A DNA stretch of 64,000 nucleotides from contig JAHFFW010000012.1 of the NCBI GenBank assembly GCA_023247725.1, forward strand, positions 1,833 to 65,832, written 5' to 3'. Origin of the DNA: Candidatus Omnitrophota bacterium. GTDB taxonomy: Bacteria; Omnitrophota; Gorgyraeia; Zapsychrales; JAHFFX01. The translations under genes and the position numbers were made by a program. This document shows positions 17,431-26,697 of the stretch, piece after piece. Each line of letters starts with the position of its first letter. The stretch's first letter is position 1. The notes under the pieces are model-generated. The model did not search any database, was not told the DNA's origin, and was given only the letters and a program-made list of their open reading frames with translations.

Positions 17431-20400
17431 ATGAAAGTCCTCAAAATTTTTCTCATGATCTTCCTGGCCCTGGTCATCCTCATCGGCGCCGGGGTTTATA
17501 TCCTCGTTAAGACCTTCAAGATCGAACGCTACAAGCCGCAGATCTTGGCCGCCGCGGAAAAGGCCCTTGCGCGCAAGGTTGACTTCAAAGATATTCTCCT
17601 CGACATCAATTGGTCCCAGGGGATCAACATCCAATTGCAAGATTTGGTCATCAAGGACCATCCGGTTTTCCAGGAGGGACGCCTCTTACGGGTCCCGGAA
17701 TTATCCATGGGTGTCGATGTATTCGCTTATTTGATGACAAGGCAGATCGCGATCCATAAAGTTAAAATTTCTGCCGTCGAGTTAACCCTCATCCGTGATG
17801 CGCAGGGTCGCATAAATATTTTAACCCTGGGACAGGAGCCTGCACCTGTGCCTGTTTCTCCGGGGCCAACTTCATCAGAACCGGCTGCGCCCGCTGCGGA
17901 ATCTTCATCGCAACCTGCCGTCTCTGCATCATCGATTTCTCCGGCAACGTCATCCGGTCAGCCTCTAGCACCTAAGCCCGCCGCTCTTCCTTCGATCTAT
18001 ATTGATGAGATAAGCCTGGACAACGGAACGATCACTTATGTGGATCGCAGCCGGCCAACGGAGCTGGGGTTCTCGATCACTCAAATTGATGCTTTGATCA
18101 AACGATTTTCTTTGTCCGGTCCATTTTCGGTTGACCTGCAGGCAGCGCTTTTGACCGGAAAGAAAAATTTTTCGCTTAAAGGGACTGTTCAATGGAACCA
18201 GAACACCAGTGAAATCAAATTGAAAGAAACCGACCTGGCAACCGATCTGGCCCAGGAAGTTTGGGAGAAGCTCCGCTTTGCCCTGGGAGGTTTTATCAAA
18301 TCGGCTTTGCCCGCGATTGCCAACGGCCAATTCTCGACGCACATCAAGGAAATGATCGTCGGACCAGATGGTTTAAAGAAAGCTAATCTGGAGGCTTCCC
18401 TCTCCAACGGGAATCTGCAATTTCGTGATGCGGCCCCGGGTGTTTCACTGGAAGCCTCGCACATCAATGTCAGTCTTAAAAATTTTTCTTTGGATGGACC
18501 TTTCCAATTCGAGGCCTCCTTAGGAATTTTTTCGCCGCAGCCCAATGTGCAGATCCTGGGCACAGGTCGGTTGAATCTTCCCGAGGGTGCATTCTCCTTG
18601 CAGGATACGGTGGTCAAAACGGATCTGGGTCAGTGGCCGCTGGAAAAAATTCAACAATCCCTGACTGTTTTGTCTCAAATGCCTTTGCCACAGACGCTGC
18701 AGGGCCAGCTGCAAATCGATTTGAAAAATCTTTTGGTCAATCCCGCTGGTCTTAAAACGATGAAAGTCGATGCCCAATGGAACAACGGAGTCTTTGTTGC
18801 CAGCGATCTTGCCCCGGGAATTTCCGTCGAGGCACAAGCTATTGGGTTAAAACTGAATAATTTTTCTTTGGCTGGCGAGCCATTTGGCTTTTTAGTCTCC
18901 GGCGCATTATTTGGAAAGGACCCTAATTTTTCTGCCGGTGGAACTGCGGCGGTTGATCTTGAGGGAAAATGGGAGACCCTGGCCAATACTCAGATCGTGA
19001 TCGATCTGGGGCTTTTGCCTTTGAAAAAAATCCAGGCCCATATCGCTGATCTGCAGCCCATTCCCCTGCCGCAGGTCTTGCAGGGAAAAATGGCCGCGGA
19101 GATTAAAGAAGCCTCGCTGGGAGCCGCGGGCCTGGAAAAATTGCTGGCGAGTCTCAAATGGTCCGACGGAAAGATTGTCATGAATCAAGTTCAGCCGAAT
19201 ATTTCCCTCGCCGCGGATAAAGTGAAGTTCGAGCTTGTGAATTTCTCGCTGGGCCAGGAACCCTGCAGTTTCGTTTTCGAAGGCGGTTTATTTTCAGAGC
19301 AGCCTAATCTTTATGCCGATGCCACGCTGGCGTTGGATCAGAAAACCAAGACCATCAAGATGACCGATGCGCATCTGGCTTCGGATCTCGCGTTATGGCC
19401 CTTGGAAACGCTGCGGCAAGCCATCGGTCCTTTGCAAAGTCTGCCATTTCCTAAAGAATTAAAAGGCAAACTCAGCGCCGAAATCAAGGAGATGATCGCA
19501 GATCCATCCGGCTTGCAGACCCTGGTCATGGACGGTCAAATTCAAGACGGAAGGATTTATTTTCCGAATATAGCGCCGGGGTTGACGCTCGAGGCCGCGA
19601 ACATCATTTTGGATGCCAAGGATTTGTCGATCAACGGGGATCCTTTCAAATTTGTTTTTCAGGGGGCGCTTTATGGTGAACGCACGAATCTCTATGCGGA
19701 AGGTCTCATGGGTTTGAATTTGAAAGGCCAAACCATTTCCTTGAAAAATATGGATGTTTCCTCGGACCTGGCGCTTGTTCCCGTCGGAAAAATTCGGGAA
19801 TCGGTCGCAGCCCTCAAAGGAGTTCCTTTTCCAGAGAATTTAAAAGGCAAATTGGACCTGGCGGTCAAGGAATTGACCGCGGGTCCCAAAGGCTTAAGTG
19901 TTTTGCATCTGGATGCGGATCTGACCGATGGCGCGATGGAGTGGCCAGAGCTCATTCAAGGATTTTCTTTGCATGCATCGCACGCGAATGTGAAATTGCT
20001 GGGTCTGGATCTATCCGGCGCGCCGTTTCGTTTTGGCGTCAAGGCGGCGGTCTTTGGCGATAAGCCCAACGTCGTTGTGAATGGAACGGCAACCCTCGAT
20101 CTGGCGTCGCAGAATATTTCTTTATCCCAAACTCAACTGAAGGCGGATCTGGCAAAAATTTCCCCTGACGAGATTCGCTCGGCGTGGGCAGGTCTCAAGG
20201 ATGTGGTCTTGCCCGCCGAGTTGGGTGGGTTGCTCACGGTTGATGTGAGTGACTTGCAAGCTTCTGCGATGGGCATCGCTTCCTTAAATTTAAAAAGCAC
20301 TTTAACCGACGGCCATTTGAAACATCCCCTGCTTTTATTGCCAGTCGATCCCATTGCCATGGACCTGGACGCAACGGCGCAAAATTTGAATCTGAATAAT

Positions 20401-21276
20401 TTGTCTTTTCAAATCGGCGAGGGCACGATTCAGGCGAAAGGCCAGGTTCAAGATTATTTAGGAAAACAGATTTATTCCGCCGACGTCCTGGCCAGGAACA
20501 TCGATGTCAAAAAAATTGTGGACCAGAGCCAGCAGCCGGTCAAACTCGAAGGAACGATCGAAGGGCAATATCAGATTTCCGGCGAAGGATTTGATCCGAA
20601 AAAAATTTCCGAAACACTTTCCGGCATTGGCCAGATTCAAGTGAAAGACAGCGTCCTTAGGGACATCAATGTCTTAAAAGAAATTCTGAACAAGCTCACG
20701 ATGTTCCCGAAACTGGAAGAAAAAATCCAAGCCTCTGGCTTGCCCCAGGATTATCAAAAGACCCTTCAACAAAAAGACACGATCCTCGAGCAGGTTCAAT
20801 TTGATTCCAGGCTCGCCAACGGATCGCTCGTGATCAATCCGGCCCAGATTGTCGCCGAGGGTTTTTCCTTGCGCGGAGACGGTAAAATCGGATTGGACCA
20901 ATCGGTGGCCATGTCCGCCGCTTTTTTGATGGCGCCGGATCTCTCCGAGGCGATCATCCAGGCTGAACCGGAATTCCAATTCCTCATGAATGCCAAAGGC
21001 GAAATTCAATTTCCGGTTAAAATTGGTGGGACGCTTTCAAAGATTGCCATCGCCCCGGACATCCAGTACATCATGCGCACCGCCATTGAGAATCGGGGGA
21101 AACAGGAGCTGCAAAAAGTGATTCAAAAGGCGTTGGGAATCGAGAGTCCTTCCACACCTTCTGAACCGGCTCCACCCTCAACCGAAGGCGGGACCAATGA
21201 ACCCGCTCCCGAGGAAAAAAAATCCTCGCCGCAGAAAATCATCGGAGACATCCTCGAGGGCATCTTTAGCCACTAA
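17431..21276 (+). CDS. AsmA family bridge-like protein with six tandem repeats of about 126 aa
   Basis: N-terminal TM + AsmA-N (YKPQILAAAEKALARKV...); C-terminal AsmA_2-like (FPVKIGGTLSK); repeats start at about 18070, 18442, 18820, 19201, 19582 and 19963. Confidence 0.85.
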   Translation: MKVLKIFLMIFLALVILIGAGVYILVKTFKIERYKPQILAAAEKALARKVDFKDILLDINWSQGINIQLQDLVIKDHPVFQEGRLLRVPELSMGVDVFAYLMTRQIAIHKVKISAVELTLIRDAQGRINILTLGQEPAPVPVSPGPTSSEPAAPAAESSSQPAVSASSISPATSSGQPLAPKPAALPSIYIDEISLDNGTITYVDRSRPTELGFSITQIDALIKRFSLSGPFSVDLQAALLTGKKNFSLKGTVQWNQNTSEIKLKETDLATDLAQEVWEKLRFALGGFIKSALPAIANGQFSTHIKEMIVGPDGLKKANLEASLSNGNLQFRDAAPGVSLEASHINVSLKNFSLDGPFQFEASLGIFSPQPNVQILGTGRLNLPEGAFSLQDTVVKTDLGQWPLEKIQQSLTVLSQMPLPQTLQGQLQIDLKNLLVNPAGLKTMKVDAQWNNGVFVASDLAPGISVEAQAIGLKLNNFSLAGEPFGFLVSGALFGKDPNFSAGGTAAVDLEGKWETLANTQIVIDLGLLPLKKIQAHIADLQPIPLPQVLQGKMAAEIKEASLGAAGLEKLLASLKWSDGKIVMNQVQPNISLAADKVKFELVNFSLGQEPCSFVFEGGLFSEQPNLYADATLALDQKTKTIKMTDAHLASDLALWPLETLRQAIGPLQSLPFPKELKGKLSAEIKEMIADPSGLQTLVMDGQIQDGRIYFPNIAPGLTLEAANIILDAKDLSINGDPFKFVFQGALYGERTNLYAEGLMGLNLKGQTISLKNMDVSSDLALVPVGKIRESVAALKGVPFPENLKGKLDLAVKELTAGPKGLSVLHLDADLTDGAMEWPELIQGFSLHASHANVKLLGLDLSGAPFRFGVKAAVFGDKPNVVVNGTATLDLASQNISLSQTQLKADLAKISPDEIRSAWAGLKDVVLPAELGGLLTVDVSDLQASAMGIASLNLKSTLTDGHLKHPLLLLPVDPIAMDLDATAQNLNLNNLSFQIGEGTIQAKGQVQDYLGKQIYSADVLARNIDVKKIVDQSQQPVKLEGTIEGQYQISGEGFDPKKISETLSGIGQIQVKDSVLRDINVLKEILNKLTMFPKLEEKIQASGLPQDYQKTLQQKDTILEQVQFDSRLANGSLVINPAQIVAEGFSLRGDGKIGLDQSVAMSAAFLMAPDLSEAIIQAEPEFQFLMNAKGEIQFPVKIGGTLSKIAIAPDIQYIMRTAIENRGKQELQKVIQKALGIESPSTPSEPAPPSTEGGTNEPAPEEKKSSPQKIIGDILEGIFSH

Positions 21277-21278
21277 TC

Positions 21279-22913
21279 ATGGAATCTCCCATTGCCATCA
21301 AAGTCACCGGTCTAGGCAAGACATTCCAGTCCCAAAGCGAAACGGGAAGAAAAATCAAGGCCCTCGACGGGATTAGTCTGGATATTTACGAAGGCGAGAT
21401 TCTAGGGATTCTGGGTCCCAATGGTGCCGGCAAAACGACCTTTCTCAATATTCTGTCTACCTTATTATTGCCTGACCGTGGGGCCATTGAGATTCTGGGC
21501 CTTAAGTTCATCCCTAAAAATTTTTCCCGCATCCGGCGACTGCTCAATATGTCATCGGGCTACCCCAATTATCCCTGGTGCATGACGGTGGAAGAAAATC
21601 TGCGTTTCTACGGACGGCTTTACGGTCTGGCCACGCCGCAGCTTAACCGTCGGGTGCCGGAATTGATTGACATGTTTCAACTCTCGGAGTATGCCCGGAT
21701 GCGCTTTGACGAACTTTCCAGTGGTAATAAACAACGGCTGTCCCTGGCCAAGGCCCTCATCAATGATCCGCGGGTTTTGTTTCTGGACGAGCCTACGGTT
21801 GGTCTCGATCCCGATGTGGCGGCACGCACTCGCGAGATCATCCGTCGGATTTTGAAAGATCTCAGGGTCACGGTTTTATTCACCACGCATGACATGCGCG
21901 AGGCCGAACTCCTTTGTCAGCGGATCGCGTTTCTTAAACAGGGCAAGATGGTCAAGCTGGCCACTCCCGAAGAACTCAAGCGTTCCCACGGCAAAAAGGA
22001 TTTGGAAGAGGTTTTTATTGAGTTAGCGCGCCAGTCGAAACCGGAAGAAACGCTCGAGGTGGTCCAGATTTCCCCGCATCCCGACGGAATTGTCCGGGCC
22101 AGCGTTGTTCCGGAATCCCTCATCTTCGCCACGTGGCAATGGGTGAACCGGTGCCTGGCCTTTACGTACCGGAATTTTTTATTTGCCATTCGCAATGTCT
22201 TCGCCTTTGTGGAATTGGTGTTCTGGCCTCTGGTGACGCTCATTTCCATTGGCCTCATGGGGGATTATTTGCGTTTGCAGTCACAAGCCTTTGCCTTCAT
22301 TCTGACCGGGGCCATCACCGGCGGGGTTTTACAGGTCACTCAACTGGATGTCGCCTACAGCCTTTTGTATGAGGTGTGGTCGAAAAGCATGAAGCATACG
22401 ATGCTGACTCCCGTGGGGGCCAGCGAGCACATGTTCGGTTCGTGGGCCATCGGCATTGTACGGGGGACGATCATTCTCGCCTTGCTGGGAGGCGCCGCGA
22501 ATGTGTTTTTCGGCTTCCATTTTCCCGGGATGGCCATGAGTCTCATTTTCCTCGTCGGCATCTTTGGCTTTGCGTTATTGCTGGGCCTCATGGTGAGTGT
22601 GCTCATTCTCACCTTTGGCCAGAAGGCCGAGATCACGGCCTGGATGTTCGCCTATTTATTTATGCTGCTTTGTGGAATTTATTATCCGGTCCAGACGTTG
22701 CCACCATTTTTTCATGCGCTCGCCCAGTGGATTCCGTTGACGTATTTCTTGGAATATTTCCGTCGGGGATTTGGGTTTGTTCCGTCCTTTGAGCACGGAT
22801 TGACGAAGGGATTTCTTCTGACCATGGCTTATCTCGGATTGGGGATTCTGGCCTTAAAAGGGGCTTTTCACAAGGCCCGGCAAAAGGGCATTATTATTCG
22901 TCTCTCCGAATGA
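21279..22913 (+). CDS. Fused ABC ATPase + ABC-2 permease
   Basis: GPNGAGKTT, LSSGNKQR and LDEPTVGLD, followed by six TM segments with GIYYPV..LP and PLTYF. Confidence 0.9.
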   Translation: MESPIAIKVTGLGKTFQSQSETGRKIKALDGISLDIYEGEILGILGPNGAGKTTFLNILSTLLLPDRGAIEILGLKFIPKNFSRIRRLLNMSSGYPNYPWCMTVEENLRFYGRLYGLATPQLNRRVPELIDMFQLSEYARMRFDELSSGNKQRLSLAKALINDPRVLFLDEPTVGLDPDVAARTREIIRRILKDLRVTVLFTTHDMREAELLCQRIAFLKQGKMVKLATPEELKRSHGKKDLEEVFIELARQSKPEETLEVVQISPHPDGIVRASVVPESLIFATWQWVNRCLAFTYRNFLFAIRNVFAFVELVFWPLVTLISIGLMGDYLRLQSQAFAFILTGAITGGVLQVTQLDVAYSLLYEVWSKSMKHTMLTPVGASEHMFGSWAIGIVRGTIILALLGGAANVFFGFHFPGMAMSLIFLVGIFGFALLLGLMVSVLILTFGQKAEITAWMFAYLFMLLCGIYYPVQTLPPFFHALAQWIPLTYFLEYFRRGFGFVPSFEHGLTKGFLLTMAYLGLGILALKGAFHKARQKGIIIRLSE

Positions 22914-22923
22914 TCCTTCTTAA

Positions 22924-22982
22924 ACCGCGCGGGGGCGGCCCCGCCTTAATTTAAGGCGCGGCGGGGCTGCCCCCGCGCGGTT
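22924..22982. repeat. GC-rich hairpin / terminator
   Basis: accgcgcgggggcggccccgcc...ggcggggctgcccccgcgcggt. Confidence 0.6.
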
Positions 22983-23133
22983 ATCATTTATAGAGAAAGA
23001 TCTTGCAAGATAAAGCCAAGCTAACCGCGAAGAGTCGAAGAATTGAGTTTTGGCTTGCCAAAAGCCAGGCGCAACGATTACAATAAATCCAACTTCAAGA
23101 CAACTCCATTCAGGCCGAGGAACCGGATCCGTC

Positions 23134-23592
23134 ATGGCCCATTTTGACAAGGAAAAGCGCCGTTTCGAACGCTTTAAAACCGACCAGGAAATTTTTTTTA
23201 CCGTCACCTATGAGATCAAAACCAAAATCAATTTTCAATTGATGGAGGCGCAGGCCGATAAAATCCTGCAGCCCAAGTATCCCGCCATCAGCCGCGATGT
23301 CAGCGTCGAGGGTCTTTGTCTCACCAGCCTAAAAGAATTGCAGCCTGGCGATCGATTATTGCTTGAGGTCTATGCCTTGGATAGTCGGGAGCCAACCTAT
23401 ATGCAGGGGGAAGTCCGTTGGTCCAAGAAATTATCCGCGAGGGCGAAAGATAAGGGAACGGTGGATACGGGAATCAAGGTTCTCACCGTCGAGGGACGTC
23501 ATGTGGAGGAGACGTTTTATCGTGACGAAAACCAACAAGTGGTTTGGAGCGGAGTTTTAGAAGCGGTTTTGGGAAGCTTTAGGAAAAAGTAA
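23134..23592 (+). CDS. PilZ domain protein
   Basis: RRFER (RxxxR) and DVSVEG (DxSxxG), GEVRW. Confidence 0.85.
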   Translation: MAHFDKEKRRFERFKTDQEIFFTVTYEIKTKINFQLMEAQADKILQPKYPAISRDVSVEGLCLTSLKELQPGDRLLLEVYALDSREPTYMQGEVRWSKKLSARAKDKGTVDTGIKVLTVEGRHVEETFYRDENQQVVWSGVLEAVLGSFRKK

Positions 23593-23700
23593 ATGGTGGC
23601 TCGGGGCACGTGACTAGTTGACTGTTTTATATCATACAATTTCGAAAACAAGCCGACGAGACCCGGGCCACGGGTCATGAGACACCCAAAAGAAATAACC

Positions 23701-23940
23701 ATGGAATACACCGCCGAAGTTCTTCAAGAAACCGTCAAAAAATCATTCGCCCAAGCCGATCATCTTTATGTGATGGAAACCCTCAACATGTATGGCGTCG
23801 AGCCAGGCGAGCTTGAGCGAGTCAAAGTCCAACTGGCCATCCTCAAATTGTGCGATTGCGATTTGGATCGACTCATGCATTATGTCACCCGGGCCAAGCG
23901 TGATTATCGCGACGTCTTATTTGAAGCGGAAAATTTTTAA
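23701..23940 (+). CDS. Small hypothetical protein
   Basis: ERVKVQLAILKL...AKRDYRDVL..AE pattern; plausible codon usage. Confidence 0.65.
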   Translation: MEYTAEVLQETVKKSFAQADHLYVMETLNMYGVEPGELERVKVQLAILKLCDCDLDRLMHYVTRAKRDYRDVLFEAENF

Positions 23941-23960
23941 GAAAGCCATTTGAATTGATC

Positions 23961-24512
23961 ATGCGTCGGATCGTTTTTTCCATTTTTGTACTGGTTGTGT
24001 TGGCGGCATTCACGGGCGGTTGCGGCAAAACGCCGGGGTTTCATCGGGGCGATGGTTTCACCGTGAATTTTCCGCCGAGCTGGATTAAAAATAAAGACTG
24101 GGTGGTCGAACCCCGCTTTAATCTCAAATCCAAATTCGAACCCTACAGCGTCACCTATGTGACCCCGGAACAGGATCCGGATACCCTGGAACCTTACGCG
24201 AGCATTTCCATCTATCGGACGAAGCCGGATATGCAAATCTGGCTGGAGGATGAATTCCCGAACATTGTGGACACATTTTATAACAATGGTTATGATGTCT
24301 TGGACAAGGGCGAAGTTAAGATCGATAACCAATTGGCAAAATGGCTCGTTTATCGGGACAATCGAAAAGGCTTACTCAATCTGGAGTTTTATATCGTCAA
24401 CGATAACAATGTGCTTTTTCGGATTCAATACTGTGCCCGCGACGATAAATTTTCCCAGTATCGCCCTTTGTTTGAAGGGGTCAGGGAATCCATCAAGCTG
24501 AACCGTTGGTAA
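23961..24512 (+). CDS. Lipoprotein, PsbP/DcrB-like fold
   Basis: Lipobox-like TGGC; FTVNFPPSW...FSQYRPLFEGVRESIK. Confidence 0.7.
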   Translation: MRRIVFSIFVLVVLAAFTGGCGKTPGFHRGDGFTVNFPPSWIKNKDWVVEPRFNLKSKFEPYSVTYVTPEQDPDTLEPYASISIYRTKPDMQIWLEDEFPNIVDTFYNNGYDVLDKGEVKIDNQLAKWLVYRDNRKGLLNLEFYIVNDNNVLFRIQYCARDDKFSQYRPLFEGVRESIKLNRW

Positions 24513-24541
24513 TGGGGCGGGAAAATGCCTTTGAGGTGGCT

Positions 24542-24673
24542 GTGAAGATCATCCTTGAGCATGAAGGGCAAAAGGCAACAGTCGAAGACGAAACCGTCCA
24601 TGACATCACGGAGGCGCTGGATCTTCTGGAATTGGCCCTCATCAAGGTGGGCTTCGAGCGCCGGCGAGGATAG
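24542..24673 (+). CDS. Small ORF (43 aa), possibly truncated
   Basis: RBS gaggt + GTG: MKIILEHEGQKATVEDETVHDITEALDLLELALIKVGFERRRG; below the ORF-track cutoff. Confidence 0.45.
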   Translation: MKIILEHEGQKATVEDETVHDITEALDLLELALIKVGFERRRG

Positions 24674-24784
24674 GCGCGCGGCTTATCGATTCAAGGCCAG
24701 TCAAGGGGAGCAATAGAGCTTTCGTTATTTTTTAAAAAGAAAATTTAAGCCAAAACTAAAATTACTAAAAGCAGGAGGGCGGCC

Positions 24785-25246
24785 GTGGTCGATTTTGAAG
24801 AAAAGCGGAAATTCGACCGTTTACCAATCGGGACGGATGTCTTTTTTAAACTCATTTTTGATATCAAAACCCAAGTCAATTTTCAGGTCATTGATAAGGA
24901 TTTGAACAAAGCCCTGTCGCGCAAATATCTGGCCCTGAGCAAGAATGTCAGTGTCGAAGGATTATGTTTTAGCTGCCTGAAAAAACTCGAGGAGGGGGAC
25001 ATGCTTCTTTTGGAAGTCGTGTCGCCCGTATTGAAAAAATCGATTCCGATGAAAGGACAAGTCCGCTGGTCGCGGAAAATCACCCCGCCGGAATTTGATG
25101 ATAACAAGTTTGATACGGGCATTCGAATTTTGGAAATCAACGGCCGTTCGATGGATGACACATTGGTTCAGGATGAGGAAAAAAAGATCATCTGGAGCGG
25201 TCTCTTGGAATCCATGCTGGGCAGTTATGACTCGAACAAAGGCTAA
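24785..25246 (+). CDS. PilZ domain protein (paralog of 23134-23592)
   Basis: RKFDR, NVSVEG, GQVRW; RBS aggagg. Confidence 0.85.
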   Translation: MVDFEEKRKFDRLPIGTDVFFKLIFDIKTQVNFQVIDKDLNKALSRKYLALSKNVSVEGLCFSCLKKLEEGDMLLLEVVSPVLKKSIPMKGQVRWSRKITPPEFDDNKFDTGIRILEINGRSMDDTLVQDEEKKIIWSGLLESMLGSYDSNKG

Positions 25247-25329
25247 TACAGTAAAAGAAACATTCTTTAAGTTTTTGGCGACGAACCCAACTGAACGCCG
25301 ATTTCACAAATTCCGCTGTTTAAAGACGC

Positions 25330-26697
25330 ATGACTGAGAAATCATCCCTCGATTCCTTACGCGAAGCCCTCCAAGGCTCTCCCGACAACATTCCTCTGTT
25401 AAAAATGTTCGCTCAGGCCTGCCTCGACCATTGGTCGTTGCCCGAGGCAAGGCAGGCCTATGAGCGGATCCTCCAATTGCGTCCCGACGATCCGCAGGCA
25501 AAAATTGGGATCGCCTGGATTCTTTTCAAAATGGGAAAAACTTCCGAAGCCTCGGTTCGGGTGGAGTCCATCGTTCAGGCGCATCCGGATTTTGCGCCGG
25601 GCTGGCTTTTGGCGAGCAAGCTCGCCTTTAGCGAGGGGAATCTCGAACAAGCTAAACAGAGTTATGGGAAAGCCAAAGAACTTGATCCGACCGTTTACGA
25701 TGAGGCCCTTCAAATAAAATTTGCGCCAGAGACCAACCGGGAACATCAAACCGTCGAATTGCTCAATGCCGCCAATGGTTGGACCGCCAATGAGAACTCT
25801 TCTCGCGGCTCGGATGACTCTCTGGAAGATTTAATGGAACAACCGCAGTTGACGTTTAAAGATGTTGGCGGCATGGAGACCATCAAAGAAGAAATCCGGA
25901 TGAAAATCATTTATCCGCAAAAGAATCCGCATTTGTTCAAGGCTTATGGCAAAGGGATGGGAGGAGGGGTGCTTTTGTATGGACCGCCAGGATGCGGCAA
26001 AACCCTTTTGAGCCGCGCCACCGCGGGAGAAATCGAAGCAAATTTCCTTTCCATCGGTCTGCACCAGATTTTGGATATGTACATTGGGAACAGCGAAAAA
26101 AATCTGCATCAGCTGTTTGAACTGGCGCGGATGAATAAGCCGAGCATTTTGTTCATTGATGAAATTGATGCCTTGGCGGCCAATCGCACGGATCTTAAGC
26201 AAAGCGCGGCCCGCACCCTCATCAACCAATTTTTGGCTGAACTCGACGGTGGCGTTCATTCCAATGAAGGAGTTTTGATTTTGGGCGCCACCAATGCGCC
26301 CTGGCATATGGATCCTGCCTTCCGACGGCCCGGGCGTTTTGACCGGATTATTTTTGTCCCCACACCGGATGAAAAGGCGAGGATTGAGATCATTGAATTA
26401 TTGGCCAAGGATAAACCGGTGGCGCAGCTCGATGCCAGGATGCTGGCCAACAAAACCGAAGGGTTTTCCGGGGCCGACCTGCGCGCGGTCTTTGAAACCT
26501 GTGCCGAGGCCGTCTTGTCCCGGGCGCTCAAAGAAAACCGGATTATCCCGATCTCGACGGAAGATTTGTTGCGTAGTGCCCGATCGATGGTTCCTTCCAG
26601 CCGGGCCTGGTTTGAAAGCGCCAAAAACTATGCCCTCTTCGCCAATCAATCCGGTCTTTATGATCCCATCCTGGCCTATTTAGGAATCAAAAAGTGA
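25330..26697 (+). CDS. TPR-containing classic AAA ATPase (Cdc48/Vps4-like)
   Basis: TPR N-terminus; FKDVGGM, GPPGCGKT, FIDEID, ATNAPW...RRPGRFD, GFSGADL. Confidence 0.9.
   Translation: MTEKSSLDSLREALQGSPDNIPLLKMFAQACLDHWSLPEARQAYERILQLRPDDPQAKIGIAWILFKMGKTSEASVRVESIVQAHPDFAPGWLLASKLAFSEGNLEQAKQSYGKAKELDPTVYDEALQIKFAPETNREHQTVELLNAANGWTANENSSRGSDDSLEDLMEQPQLTFKDVGGMETIKEEIRMKIIYPQKNPHLFKAYGKGMGGGVLLYGPPGCGKTLLSRATAGEIEANFLSIGLHQILDMYIGNSEKNLHQLFELARMNKPSILFIDEIDALAANRTDLKQSAARTLINQFLAELDGGVHSNEGVLILGATNAPWHMDPAFRRPGRFDRIIFVPTPDEKARIEIIELLAKDKPVAQLDARMLANKTEGFSGADLRAVFETCAEAVLSRALKENRIIPISTEDLLRSARSMVPSSRAWFESAKNYALFANQSGLYDPILAYLGIKK

Noticed and set aside
17830-17990. Repeat-derived insert in the AsmA Pro/Ser linker
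   Set aside because: Low-complexity protein linker with no palindromic DNA or match to the element families.
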